A stretch of DNA of 64,000 nucleotides from Haliotis rufescens (Eukaryota), in assembly GCF_023055435.1 (NCBI RefSeq), contig NW_025964362.1, forward strand, positions 1,612,001-1,676,000, in the 5' to 3' direction. The notes under the pieces are model-generated. The model saw only the letters and a list, made by a program, of their open reading frames with translations. It had not been told where the DNA came from and did no database searches. Position numbers and translations under genes: made by a program. Below, one piece after another: positions 50,301-63,360 of the stretch (position 1 is the stretch's first letter; every line of letters begins with the position of its first letter).

Positions 50301-53300
50301 GTAGATGTATGTAAGTCATTGGTTATGATAACATTGGAGAATCGATTTCCATATATCAATTAATAATTAAAATGTATGCTTACATATGCATACATGAATA
50401 ATCTGTGAACATTTTTGAATATTTTGTTAATATTCCAGGGGAACAACCACACTTTCATATGGCTGTAATTTGAAATACTTTAGAAAATTAATTCTTATTC
50501 CAAGGTCCTTACTGTTATACTTACTGTCCTTAATGTCCTTTATTTAATATTTTGAAAAGTATCATCAGTAAAAAATCGTGTAACTGTTTAAATGAGATAT
50601 ATAAGACAAATGTACAAATCTCTCAATCTATACATATTTATTGACAGTATTTACATGTGAATAATATATAAACTTTGTACAATAAAGTTTTAAAAAAAGG
50701 CCGCATCTTAGCTGGAATACTGCTGAAAGCGGCATGAATCATACTCACTCTATTTACATGAAGTACATAATTGTGAACAAAAGATCAATAATCCATATAC
50801 AATGAATCGCCACGAATTAACTGGAATATTGTAAATGTGGCGTTGAATCATACTCACGCACCAACATGTCCTTTTATATATACACAAATCCATTTTCTAT
50901 TTACAGTAAATATATATAATATATATCATTAATGGAATTTAATCTATTTACAATTAATCGCTGTGATGTTGCTGCTATATTGCAAATACAGCATGGAGTC
51001 ATACTCTCACAGATATATCCTGAAATATACAAATAGAGTATTTACAGTAAGTACCAATATACAATATATACAATCTATTTACAAAGATTCGCTGCGATGT
51101 TGCTGGAATATTGCAGATGCAGTGGGAAGTCCTACTCATAAACAGATCCTTACATACACACAATAATTACATGTACAATAAATAGAGAACATAATATGAA
51201 CATATGTACCTTAAACTGCCATATTTTTGCGGGAATATTGCTAAAAGAGGCATAAAACAAACTCACTTCTTTACAATAAGTACATAATCATATACAATAG
51301 ACAATGATCTATTTACAATAAAATCGCCATGATGTTGCTGTTATATTGCAAATACGGCGTTAGGTCATACTCTCTCACAAAAACATCCTTTAATATATAT
51401 ACACACATATGAAATATTTACAATAAGTACATATATACAATATATTTTATCATCTATTTACAAAGATTCGCTGCAATATATTTTATCATCTATTTACAAA
51501 GATTCGCTGCAATGTTGCTGGAATATTGCAGATGCAGTGGGAAGTCCTACTCATAAACAGATCCTTACATACACACAATAATTACATGTACAATAAATAG
51601 AGAACATAATATGAACATAAGTACCTTAAACTGCCATATTTTTGCGGGAATATTGCTAAAAGAGGCATAAAACAAACTCACTTCTTTACAATAAGTACAT
51701 AATCATATACAATAGACAATGATCTATTTACAATAAAATCGCCATGATGTTGCTGTTATATTGCAAATACGGCGTTAGGTCATACTCTTTCACAAAAACA
51801 TCCTTTAATATATATACACACATATGAAATATTTACAATAAGTACATATATACAATATATTTATCATGTATTTACAAAGATTCGCTGCAATGTTGCTGGA
51901 ATATTGCAGATGCAGTGGGAAGTCCTACTCACTCACTAGTTATTTACAATGAAGCACACAGATGGGGAAACTGCTTGAAGGGTTGATATGATGGAACATG
52001 AGTCATGTTCCATCATATGCCAGTACACACAGCCTTTCACTCTTCAATGTGATCAGCTGTGTGATACTGACGGAAACAGCGTGCACAGAGGCCAATGTGG
52101 CAGTCAGGACACCAGGTCCTGACCTTTCCTGCAGAGCCATCGATGGCCCTCTGTCTCTTTCTGCAGAGAACACACTGTTTCCTCTTCCCTTCAGGCAGCA
52201 CTTCTATGAAGTGACGTCCAGTCAGTCGTCGGGAAGGAGGCTGGGTCCTGGGCCTGCCAGTCCTCCTCTTCACCTGAGTGTTCCCGACGAGTGAGTGGAG
52301 AAGGGACATGTGGAAGTCCAGACGGGAGGTCGTTCTACCATGGGTGTTCAAGAATGTCTGATAGGCATTAACTGAAATGAAATGAGTATGAAACATTAAA
52401 ATCAAACATTATGAAATAGCTGTTCAGAAGATAAGGTTCACGTTGATTAATCAGTACAATGAAAATACAATGGAAGTGGTACCAGATGCGAAATTATTCT
52501 GTTATTGTATTCAGTTCATGCCATTTGTTACATATTGGTTGATATTATCAGGATAATGACTGTATAGTTGGTAGTAATGACATAGGTCTAGAATTATAAG
52601 TTATTCCTAAATTCCTTGATACCTAATTATTTTATTCTGAATTTCATATAAATAAAATAATTCTTACCTGATGCTGTGAGAAGAAAGTTGATTAAAACTT
52701 TCTTCCACAGCTTCACGGAGCGGACTTGGGGATCATAGACACCAATGAGTTGATCCCCAAGGTCAACTCCCCCCATTAGGGTGTTGTACAGTCAAACGAC
52801 TGAGGGGAGAGTGACAGACCGGCCCCGTGAGTTAAGCCCATCCTCCATTCTGTAAATAAAATATTTCATATTAATTTTTTCAGAAACATGCACATAGAAT
52901 CTCTATATTCTTTTCATCTTTATGAAAAATTTAAAGTAATTGACACTCATCAAAGCGAACATGTATGAAAGAAAATGGACACTTGGAGTAGGAATCATAC
53001 TGACAGCATTATAAATTGGCACTAGTCCTATAAGGACTATTAGAAATGTGCCTTCTTTAACAATGTTTAAGGGTTTTGCTCTATGTTATTAGTATGTGAC
53101 TAGTGGACTGAAACTGTTAGTTTCTAACGCTGCTGAACAATGAACAGGATATTGAGCAGTATATTACTATTTTGAATTTACCTTGGACTACCCATGGTAG
53201 AAAGGATTGTGAAGACCTTCCTGTCTGAAAAGAGCACTGCCAGCAGTGGACCCTGTCTTCTCACATGAGAGTTTGATCCATTCACAAGATCAAGAACCGG

Positions 53301-56300
53301 CCTGATCTTGTGGAGGGGGTCATGATCTGGCTGCCCTCGGGGCACTGCAACAGAGTTGTCGTTGCAGTGGAGGAACCGCATGATGACTTGGAAGCGATTC
53401 CTCGGCATGATCCCCCCGAAGGAAGGTGTTGATGCCAGCCAGTTCTTGTCCCCCTCATTCCAGTAGGAAGCGATGGTTGGCTTCCTGACGACACCCATGG
53501 CCAACAAGAGTCCAAGAAATGCCCGCATTTCTTCCCGGTCAACGGGTCTCCACGCCCGAGCCCTGCTCTGCGGTGATAGAGTGCGGCCCTGCAGGTACTG
53601 CTCAGCATACCTGTTTGTCTCCCTGACCAGCAGGTCGAACAAATCAACACCTCCATCCCCTCCTCTGAGTTGCTGGTCGAAATAGCTTATAGGAGGGGCA
53701 TGGTAATCTGAAACATATATCATAATGTATGACCACATGAATTATTATTAATCGTGCTGACACATATCATCATACATGTACATATAATGATAATCGCAAT
53801 ATCATACAGCTTATATCCACATTTATAACTAAACATCTAATTAACCTTGTGAAATATAATATGAAACAATTCCTTACTCAGTTTTGGATGACAGGCATTG
53901 TCTATGTTGATTATTAATTCATGCACTTAATGATATGTTTATTTATCAATTCCTGTTACCTGGAGGGTTGACAGGGCCGCACTCCTCGGCAAAGTCAATG
54001 CTGTTGCCGAGGTCAAAGCTGTCCGTGTCCAGCACGGGCAGCCAGGGGCCACGGACCATTGGTTTGGCCCCTGCCTCTTCTTCAGTCTCATGATCTGAAA
54101 TTTGAAATAATGAAATTTGAAATAATGTTTCTTATTAATAACAATCACATATAACAGTGCTAAGGGAAAGGATTCCTTATTATAGGGTTTTGCTTTACGT
54201 TATCATTATAATATATGGACTAGTGGACAGGGGTAGAAACTAACAAGTTTTGTCCATTAGTCCTCATGATGATAACATACAGCAAAACCTTAAAATTGGC
54301 CAATTTCTACTAGTCCTTAGGATACCTTTACCATTGGGCAGTTTGGTGAGGACTACAGGACTAGTGCCAATTTCTAACGCTGGTGGACTAAAATGTTTTT
54401 TTCTATCGCTGCATTTGCAAATTTTCATGGATGTTTCTTATCATAACTGGAACTCACCAACTGCTGACTCATGTTTTATTATAATTTATTGATCAAGGGG
54501 AGATAATTTGATTTGTTAATGTCCCTCTCCCTTGAATGTACTCCCATTTTGCAAATTGCTTCATGGAAGTTTGTCATTTCTCCAATGTATTTTATGTTTG
54601 TTATCAATCTTAAATTTCAATAAAAATATATTATATATATACACATAGACCTATAGACATATATTTAGTTTATTGAAGGAACTTTTTCAGACCCTGTAGA
54701 TCCAGTGCATATTTTACAACACAGTATCAATAATCATGTGGCAACTTTATTTTCATCAAGACTAATATTTTGCTTTTAATTAATATGTATACCCTTTGAC
54801 CTTTTTAGTTTCAGTACAGATTGAACATGTTGAAAGACTTATTCTTCATTACTACTAGATAAAGATAAGATTAGGATAATCATATCATTATGTGCACCAC
54901 ATGAATTTATTAATGACAAATGAAGGGCTTCCTTGAGTAGTCACAGGGAAACAGTTGTGTAATCATGACACAAACATTTTCAGGGTTAGAACTAAAATCA
55001 AAAGCTTTACAATGATGGTAAATTTTCATAAAAAAATTGGCCATAGCTTCCGCGGCTCCGGGCTACCTGCCCGGTGAGGGAAAATTTGTTCAGTGCGCTG
55101 ACCCCCCAACCCATTGGCGCAAGGACAACAGTCACTTGGTGCAATGCCACTCCCCTTTCCCCTTAGTAAGTTATAATAAATATTAATCTACATCCTCAAT
55201 GATATATCAATAACAATTTACATTTAAAATGTATGACACATATTCATTTATTTTTAATATTTCAAAATAAGTAAGACCTTTCAGATTTATGAGGACTGAC
55301 ACATTATACTCCTTTAAAAATATGGCTTCAGGTCCAAAGTGTGAACTAGTGTGTCCTTCAAGATAAATTTAATTTTTAACAAAGACATTTTTCCATTAAT
55401 ATTACTGCTTACTGCACTTTAGCAAACGCACGTGTAGGCCACATATTGACATGTTAAAATTTCACTACCATGAGAGCCTTTCTTTCAACATGTTCAAATC
55501 ATTTCTAAGATTCATATTTCATGAAATACTTAACAAGGAAGTTGGCTGTTTCTACTATGTCGATCATGGTATGGTAGATATTTTTAACATTTGAAACATC
55601 ACAACTGTCAAGAGTACATCTAGCCATACAATTTCGAAAATTGCAAAAACATAACAAATTCCTATTCCCGCCATTGGTTTGGCACTGACAGTACACCTAC
55701 TCAATTATTAATGAAACTGAATTAATGTTACTTACCGCTTATCTCTTCCTGGGAGTCGGACTCGGAGTCGGAATCGAGAGAATCGACTGATATGTCCGAC
55801 TCGAAGTCCGACTCCCCCAAATCATCGTCGTCTCCAACACCAACCGCTGACATGATCTTTGTTGAAGGACAGCTTCGATCGCAATGTTGTCGTCTGTCAC
55901 ATGGGGCTATTTTTATCCCGATGAATATTCATGCTCTCGGCGGGAGGCGAACGTTTTTTAAAATTTGATTTGTGTTAATCGCGCTGATTCGATAAACAAA
56001 GCACGAAGATAAAGATTAAAGCATATAATGTATAAATATTTACATTGGATGTCATATTTAACACTGTTGGTGATTTCAACATCGAACTTTGTTTTGTTTT
56101 ACTCGGGCACCTGTAACCTCTGTGACGTGTCATGTCAAAGGTCGCGGGTCACGGTATTTCGTTCCAGACGAACAATCGGAAATTTGCCGCTCTTGCCAAC
56201 CCCGTTACGGTGGATGATTGAAACCAAATACTGTCGATAACCGTAACAGCTTCATTTGTTTTCGTGAAATAAAAAAACTTAGTCTTGCAATAATAATAAG

Positions 56301-59161
56301 GTATTTAACAATAACAAACCGCATGAATACAAAATTTACATACTTACATTAAACGAAAGATTATTAATAATTTAGTAATGAATTCTACTGTCAAAGAGCT
56401 AGCTATTTATATTTAGACAAACGAACTAATAATAAATATATAGATTCATCGGGGACCGGTATTCAAGTAATTTTAACTGACATTTACACGTTCATACTTC
56501 AACATCAAATAGTTCTTGTTTATATACTTATATAACCAATAAATTATAAATATATTCGACACTGCATAAATTCCTATGTGCCGTTGCTACCAACCTACTT
56601 TTCAACGTCTTTTAATAAATTGACACGCCTCATTAAACATACGAAAACGTGACTTACATATAATCAGTCACAAAGCATGAACAACACAGACCCAAAAGGG
56701 TGTGTCAACGTTTATCATGTGCGTTTTCGTTTCTTCTGGGAGACATGCTTTCGACTTTTTTTCTCTCATGAAAAGTACCGCTAAGCGACCTTCAACTTCG
56801 GTCGCCATTTTGTTTTAAGTTTCGGCTAAAAAGTTGCGGTACCTTTTCTGTGTTTTTGCAGAATTTGAGGTTCAGGAAGCATGAATGGAATTTCTAAGTA
56901 TACGTATGAATATGAGAAGTGGCACATTTTCACACAAACTGTTTTTTACAGATGACAGTAGGTATGTATAACTGTATGAATGTTTTTGAATACGCTTTGA
57001 TATGAATGTGATGTACGAGGCCTTGAACAAATACTGTAAAAAAATAATATACACTCCATTCACCATCGATAAACTGGGCATTTAGTTGGTTTCATTAGCT
57101 AATTAATACATAGATGCGTAGATATTTGACCATTTTCAATCTTTTAACCAAAATATTTATGAAGGTTTCAAACATTCCTTCGCATGTGGATTTTCAATCA
57201 GTCGGTGCAATTTGTTAGAAATGAAAAATATTTCAATGGCGGCACATTTGAACGAAAGTGTAAACAAGGGGAATTTGACTAACTCCATATGCGTTATTTA
57301 TTGACAGTAGAGTTGTGAAAATGACACAGATGTGTTGGAAATTTACTGCTTTTTGCGATGTTGCAATTGCTATGGGCTTGGGGTAATCCAAAAATATTTT
57401 ATTTCAATTCTTTCAACATGATGTTTCAGAAGGACATATATGTCCCTCTGGCACAGCAACTGCGTTTTGTGTAGGGACATATATGTCCAAATGGCATCCA
57501 GGGGGTTAATGCATCATGTTACATTTTCCTGCAGGTGCTTGTTTTCCACAGAGATGAGGCACAGATGATTCAAGAATACAGGTTCATGTTTGTTCACTTT
57601 TGATATGTATTTGTCAGAACAGTGTCATGTGTACGTGTTGAACTTGAAGACACTTCTCTGTATCAGGCATTATATGTATGTAATGTTGAGACTATATCTA
57701 CGAAAATTGTCAGCTAATTTATATCATAATTTTCCTTAATTTAAATGTTTGTTTACTTTTCTAATGTATTGATGTGTATCACTATTATGTTCATAATGTG
57801 ACAAAACATATCGTGCCCATAGAAATTTTTTCTTTCCCTGCAAATTAACTTAAATCTAATCATAAAAAGCTATATCACAACTGGTAGTAAAAAGATTGCA
57901 CAATATCTGTTTGGAAAATAATAATCTACTGCTGTTTTCCCCAGGGTGTACACCTCTGAGGAAACAGAGAAAACCAGATGCTGTACCATCAATCTTTCCC
58001 TGGACTGCATCAGCCAACGCACTTGAGGCCGATGGAGGCTTAAGGAAATCCCGCATTGAAAGACGTGAGAGTCAAAAGAGGACATTTAAAGCAATGGATA
58101 CAGATTGTGATATTGAATGTGATATCAGTAAGGTAGCTGGGGAGGAAATAATTGACAATGTTGAGTTTGATGACATGAATACCGACTTAAACATTTGTTC
58201 TGCAGATAGTGCAGAGGTTGAATATGAAAGTACATCAGCTCAGACAGACAAATTTCCAATGCTTTCAATACAAAGTATTATGTTTAATGCTGCAGCAATT
58301 TTGTTTTATACAGGACTGTCAAACTATACAGACTTCACCTTTGTACTTGCAAGTTTGGGTCCGTGTGCATATCACCTAAATTATTTGTACAGCAAAGTTG
58401 ACAGTATGACTATCAGTGTGGAAAATCAATTGCTTTTAACACTTATGAAACTGCGCCGACATAAGACTAACTTTGAACTTGGTCTTCATTTTGGAATTTC
58501 AGAGAAAACTGTATTAAATGTATGGATCACCTGGGTAAATTTTATGTATAGACAGTGGAGTGAGCTTGATAACTGGCCAGAACGAGACTTAGTGCACTAT
58601 TTTTGTCCTTCTGATTTCAAATCCAAATTTCCATCCACACGAATTATCATTGATGGTAATGAATGCCCTATCCAGAAACCAAAACGCCCCATAGCTCAGC
58701 AGTCTACCTACTCAACGTATAAAAATCGAAATACTATCAAAATACTTGTTGGATCCACACCAGGTGGTCTTGTGTCGTATGTGTCTCCTGCGTATGGTGG
58801 CTCCACGAGTGATCGTCAAATAGTAGAGCGTAGTGGTTTGACAGTGATGTGTGACCCAGGAGATGGTATTATGGCCGATAAAGGTTTCAACGTACAAGAT
58901 ATTTTTGCATCAAAAGATGTTACCATTAATATGCCAACATTCTTCTCAAAGAAAAACCGTATGTCTGGCAAGACTGTTATGCATGATAGGAAAATATCAA
59001 GCAAAAGAGTTCACATTGAACGTATTATTGGTCTGGCAAAAACATTCAAAATACTTACTGAACCTCTTAACAGTTCAGAAACCAAATTAGCCACAGAAAT
59101 AACCACGGTTTGCTTCATGCTTTGTTCTTTCAAAAAGTGCATTGTTCCCTCTACTTGCTAA
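47389..59161 (+). CDS. THAP-domain Harbinger/ISL2EU-type DDE transposase (2 exons: 47389-47596, 57945-59161; 474 aa)
   Basis: Exon 1 encodes MPSTCCCVPGC..FP..W...I.R...VCHSHF (THAP C2CH). Donor G|GTAAG and acceptor TTTTCCCCAG|GG join in phase 1 and restore the THAP AVPSIF motif. Downstream are the HTH (QLLLTLMKLR...FGISEKTV) and the DDE motifs IIDGNE, GGSTSD, MADKGF, RVHIERIIG. Confidence 0.9.
50690..51950 (+). repeat. Higher-order tandem repeat inside the piggyBac (~130-bp SINE-tail-like monomers arranged in ~380-420-bp trimers)
   Basis: TATTTACAAAGATTCGCTGC.ATGTTGCTGGAATATTGCAGATGCAGTGGGAAGTCCTACTCA recurs at ~51075, ~51491 and ~51869. Each monomer contains a GCTGGAATATTGC...GGCG...ACTCAC-like motif. 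Confidence 0.85.
52037..55853 (-). pseudogene. piggyBac transposase (PGBD4-like) pseudogene, 5 exons
   Basis: Exons 55853-55736 (acidic N-terminus, start tentative), 54094-53960, 53707-53182, 52849-52668, 52371-52037, all with GT-AG junctions in phase. Motifs: ETNRYA, EMRAFLGLLLAMG, MPRNRFQVIMRFLH, YN..MGGVD, and the C-terminal Cys-rich domain CVLC...CPDC...LC..CF..YH. The catalytic core is deleted and there is a TGA at 52792-52794. Confidence 0.88.
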
Positions 59162-61219
59162 TCATATTGGTTAGCAAATCATTAAAAATATCTTTCATTC
59201 CAGTCGGACGTTAGTCAGACGTAGAGTATGGAGATTTGTTTCTAATTTCTTTCAAAAAGGCCTGTTATTTGCGTTTGCTACATGATTAAAGATAATTGTT
59301 GCTAAATATTCATGAGGATAAAGTTGAATGTAACATGTTATCGATTATGTATCATGTTGAGACTAGAATGGGAATCTGTGGTCAAAAAGCAAGTTTGAAG
59401 CAAATTTACCATTTGTGCAGCCACAATCAATCATACTCTTTTGTCAAGGTACAAACATAAATGTGTTAGTATCAGAGATTATGATAATGTAATGCTCAAC
59501 TTCCTGTTCAATGTGGTGTTAAACCCAACTCACTCACTGAATTTGTTTTAAATTTATGACATCAGTAACATGAATTTAAGAATGTTGACATTGTTTGGTG
59601 CGTACTGTTACATTATCCCCTGCCACAAAGTGGGAGAGACACATTTCTTGTCTGAGCATAATTCGGAAACTGTTTCATATGTTATTATGAAACTTGGCAC
59701 ATGTATCAAACACAAGTTGAACTGGTGCCCTTTCCTGTTTTCCATGGCAGCAATTTGGATTAAACCCAAATACTGGTTGCTTTTATTTCACGAACTTAAA
59801 ATCTGAATAAGTTGAAGTGTATATTTCTGGATCATATATCCATTATATTTTCAATGGATACATGTTTACTGAGAAACAAATTGTAATTAATTGTCCTAAG
59901 TTAGGAGGACCATGTTTAAATCTGTTACTTTGTGCATTGTGGCTGTAATGAGGACAAAATTCTAATGTGTCCCATGGCTGTGTATTCTTCATATGATACT
60001 GGCAGCAGCTAGACCTGTCCAGATATTTGGCACATCTTAGTGCTGTTGCTTCAGCTCTCTCAGATGTTATAAAAGGCAATCATGACAAGCAAGAAGTCAA
60101 TGACAATGTTTTTTTATCATTCCCTCAAACAGTTCAGCTGCAGATAATAATCACATGACAGTTGTAATTCCTCAGATATAGAGCTGAAGGAGTATGCTTC
60201 AAGCAGTGATGATATTTATGAGTATGGACACTGAATTGTGATTATGTATTGCACTGTAGCTTCATCTATATTTAGATCTTCCAACTATTAACTACTGGAG
60301 TACTTAACAGATGGTTGCCATTGTCACAAAAGGAGTTAAAAGTTAATGTCACATCAATACTATTTCAGCCATATAGCGACGAGACCAAGTTGATATACAC
60401 AATTTACTCATGAATGCAAAGGTATATTTAACAATATCATTTATACAGTTTTAAAACACAGGTTATAGGCCATCAGAAACCAAAGCTAGGCCACCTCGCC
60501 GGGGATCATGGGGACTTACGGTGCCTCTGCTTCCTGCACGATACCCCAGCAGGATTTATGTCATTAACTAAGCCACTGGTGGTTGTGCTCAATACTAGCC
60601 AGTCAGCAATGATGTCAGTTGATTATAGCATCACATCAAATTTAAAAACAGGCAATTAATGATTCACATACATATTTAGATTATTTTTTTTTACAGACCA
60701 TTTTTTCTTTCAAGTAGTTGATAATGAGGTGCCTGGTCATATAGTACTGTAACAGTAAGTACGAACTGACATCTGAGATTGTATTTATTTAGACTAGTGA
60801 ATGCATCCATGTATGGGACCAGTGTGTACGTTGTGATTTTTAGATTATCCAACTTATAACTACTGGAGTGATTAAGAGATGGTTGCCATTGTCACATAGT
60901 ACTGTAACAGTAAGTACTAAATGTCTTAATAAACATCTGAGATTGTATTTATTTACACAAGTGAATGCATCAATGTATGGGACCAGAGTTCAACCTGGTT
61001 TTGTCTGATGCAACTCTTTTCACGTCAACATGCATCTGGTGAAATATCATCCTTAAATGGAGCCCTGCAAGTTTTTTCATAACTTTTTGTTTGTGAATGT
61101 CCATACATGTATATGCAGAATATAATATGTTCAGCATTAAACATTGAGACTACAATTCTGTCTTTCTTGTTTATAGGGCTGATGACCATTGACACATGAG
61201 TATCAGCAGTAACTGAAAT

Positions 61220-62654
61220 TTACCAGGAATACCTGTCATAATCTCTGAAATAGAATTTGTCAAGTAGTGCCTTTTTGAAAAAGGTGTCATAAAATGCCAC
61301 AAGTTTTTCAACCATAGATTCAATGAAATGGTCATCTCGGGATACAGTAAAATATTTCAAATCCTTCATCGTGTATACAATAAAAATGCACTGTTTTCTA
61401 CCAGTACAGTAGAGCTGCCCTTGCACTTGAAAGAAATATGGCTTGCTTTTGTCAAGGGTAAGTTTTCCCTCAGATACCTTCAAATAGGGAACAGTTATCT
61501 CAGAGATTAGACGGTCTTTAGATGCAAATGGACATTTCGCTTCAATGGTAGTATCATCACCGAGAAGTGAATCTGGTGAAGCTGCGAGAAATGGATGAAC
61601 ATCTGACACAAACATGCCACATGGTGAGGTTTTGAAACCACTTGACTTTTCAAAAGCTTTTATTGCCACCTTTTCATATTTTCTGCCATGTCTAAGTGGT
61701 GGACTTTGAATGTCCTCGAAAGGCTTAGTCATTGATCTAGCAAGTTTATGAAAATCAGTTTTGTCTGTTGCCAAACAAATTTTCCCAAAATTGGAAAAAG
61801 AAATTCTCTTTGTGTGTTCAGTTTTCCATTCCTCGCTCTTTGACTGTTTATGGGTTATTATTTCAAGGTTGGTTTTGTCCATATCTGATATTTCTGATAT
61901 ATTCTGGGATTTCAGGTATTGGTCAGCTAAAGATAACTTAAGATAATCATGATCATGATTAACAGCAAATGGATTTGCTGGAGGAAACATTTGAGCAACT
62001 GGAAATGTATTGACACTAGGGTGGTTCAACCAAACATTGCGGAAAAAGTCAGGGTAATTTGGCACTTTGCGATACTGAACTGGTCGTGGGTCAAATATAA
62101 CATTCAGTTCACTGTTGCATAAATCAAGGTCAGTCGCCTTTATGGGACTGCCCCTATAGGGTTTACTTTTATGAAATGTTTGCAATCTTTGAGTACATGT
62201 TTCTTCAGTTAAAACATCGCCAGTTGTTGAAAACTTGTGCATAGCATATAACACTGCACAAATATGTTTGCAATGTCCTGATGGACCCTGGCCTGCAGCA
62301 CACTCACACTGCCCCTCCACAACAGAACCATCGTCATCAATTGCAACATCGACTTTGTAAGTCACATGCTTCTTCATTTCAGCACAGCACTCAGACTTCA
62401 GGAAACACATGTTATTAGGTTTTGAATAACGGAAAAATTTCAAAAACCTACTGGTGTACAGATTCTTTGAACTTGAACCAAGTTTCTTCTGAAAAGGCTG
62501 TAAGTAATAATTTATAGCTTCATATGCTAAAAAAGGAAGATGACTGTCACCATTTACATCCCTATAAGTTTCAACTAGGGGCAGTGTCATTTCAAACTCA
62601 GCTTCAAGTTCTGGCTCTCTCCCAAAATTGCAGTTTCGGTCATAGCTCTCGAGT
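61220..62654 (-). CDS. SWIM zinc-finger + YqaJ/lambda-exonuclease-like PD-(D/E)xK nuclease; large terminal exon, upstream exon(s) not identified
   Basis: SWIM motif CECAAGQGPSGHCKH. YqaJ motifs QSKSEEW...RIS.S.F, G...E, FLAASPD, IEAKCP, YFFQVQGQL. Likely acceptor TTTTTCAG at 62655; the provided ORF extends in frame to 62827 through AT-rich intron-like sequence. Confidence 0.9.
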
Positions 62655-63200
62655 CTGAAAAACATTTGAAATAAACAACTGTAAAAGAAAAAACCTAATT
62701 GAAAAAAATCACTGCAAAATATATGGACTATTAAATTATTTTTGGAGTACACAAATGTCTTAGTTTCCATTTTGTCAAAAAGTACAATTATTTTAAGAAC
62801 AGATCCCTGTAACTCCAAAGTCAACAAATCAGTATTTCTGTCAGTAAGGAAGCTTAAGCCATCTCTGTATTGTTATCAGTACTAAAACTTGACTTTTGTA
62901 CAGTAATAATATCTTTACTTGCACTATAGTAATTGTATATAATTTTTTTTGTTAGAAAACAAACAACATATAATAATACGGATATTAATTTTAACACAAG
63001 AATAAGACATTGTGTCACAAAATAAAAATACATGCAGTGAATAAGGATTCTTGATGTGTTTGCCTTCGACCGGAATCGAACCGATGTCTAAAGATTACTC
63101 TGTTAGACTACCATTCAAAAGCTTCATTACATCTAATTTTAATATTAGAAATATAAACGCTGTTATGCACATCAAAGTATGGACCCATCATACTTGTGAA

Positions 63201-63360
63201 GAAATAATAAATGTGTGAACCTTTCACACCTGTGGATGAAATAATAAATGTGTGAACCTTTCACACCTGTGGATGAAATAATAAATGTGTGAACCTTTCA
63301 CACCTGTGGATGAAATAAAAAATGTGTGAACCTTTCACACTTGAGGATGAAATAAATGTT
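63201..63360. repeat. 37-bp minisatellite (~4.5 copies) with further scattered copies at 63640-63745
   Basis: Unit GAAATAATAAATGTGTGAACCTTTCACACCTGTGGAT at 63201, 63238, 63275 and 63312. Confidence 0.92.

Larger units (their letters stand above)
48303..57505 (-). mobile_element. piggyBac transposon, 9.2 kb, non-autonomous, nested in the THAP intron
   Basis: TTAA(48299-48302)|CCCTCTGGCTGCCA ... TGGCATCCAGGGGG|TTAA(57506-57509): a 14-bp TIR with 2 mismatches. Contains piggyBac transposase exons. Confidence 0.9.

Noticed and set aside
57896-57944. TTG start of the provided 421-aa transposase ORF
   Set aside because: This stretch is the intron 3' end (polypyrimidine tract plus CAG); the real N-terminus is the THAP exon at 47389.
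62655-62827. N-terminal 57 aa of the provided 535-aa ORF
   Set aside because: It is AT-rich with a non-ATG start and ends in a strong acceptor, so it is most likely intron read-through.
63061-63105. tRNA-Tyr-like 3' half on the minus strand (GGTTCGATTCCGGTCGAAGG)
   Set aside because: The 5' half and D-arm are not recognisable; at most this is a fragment.
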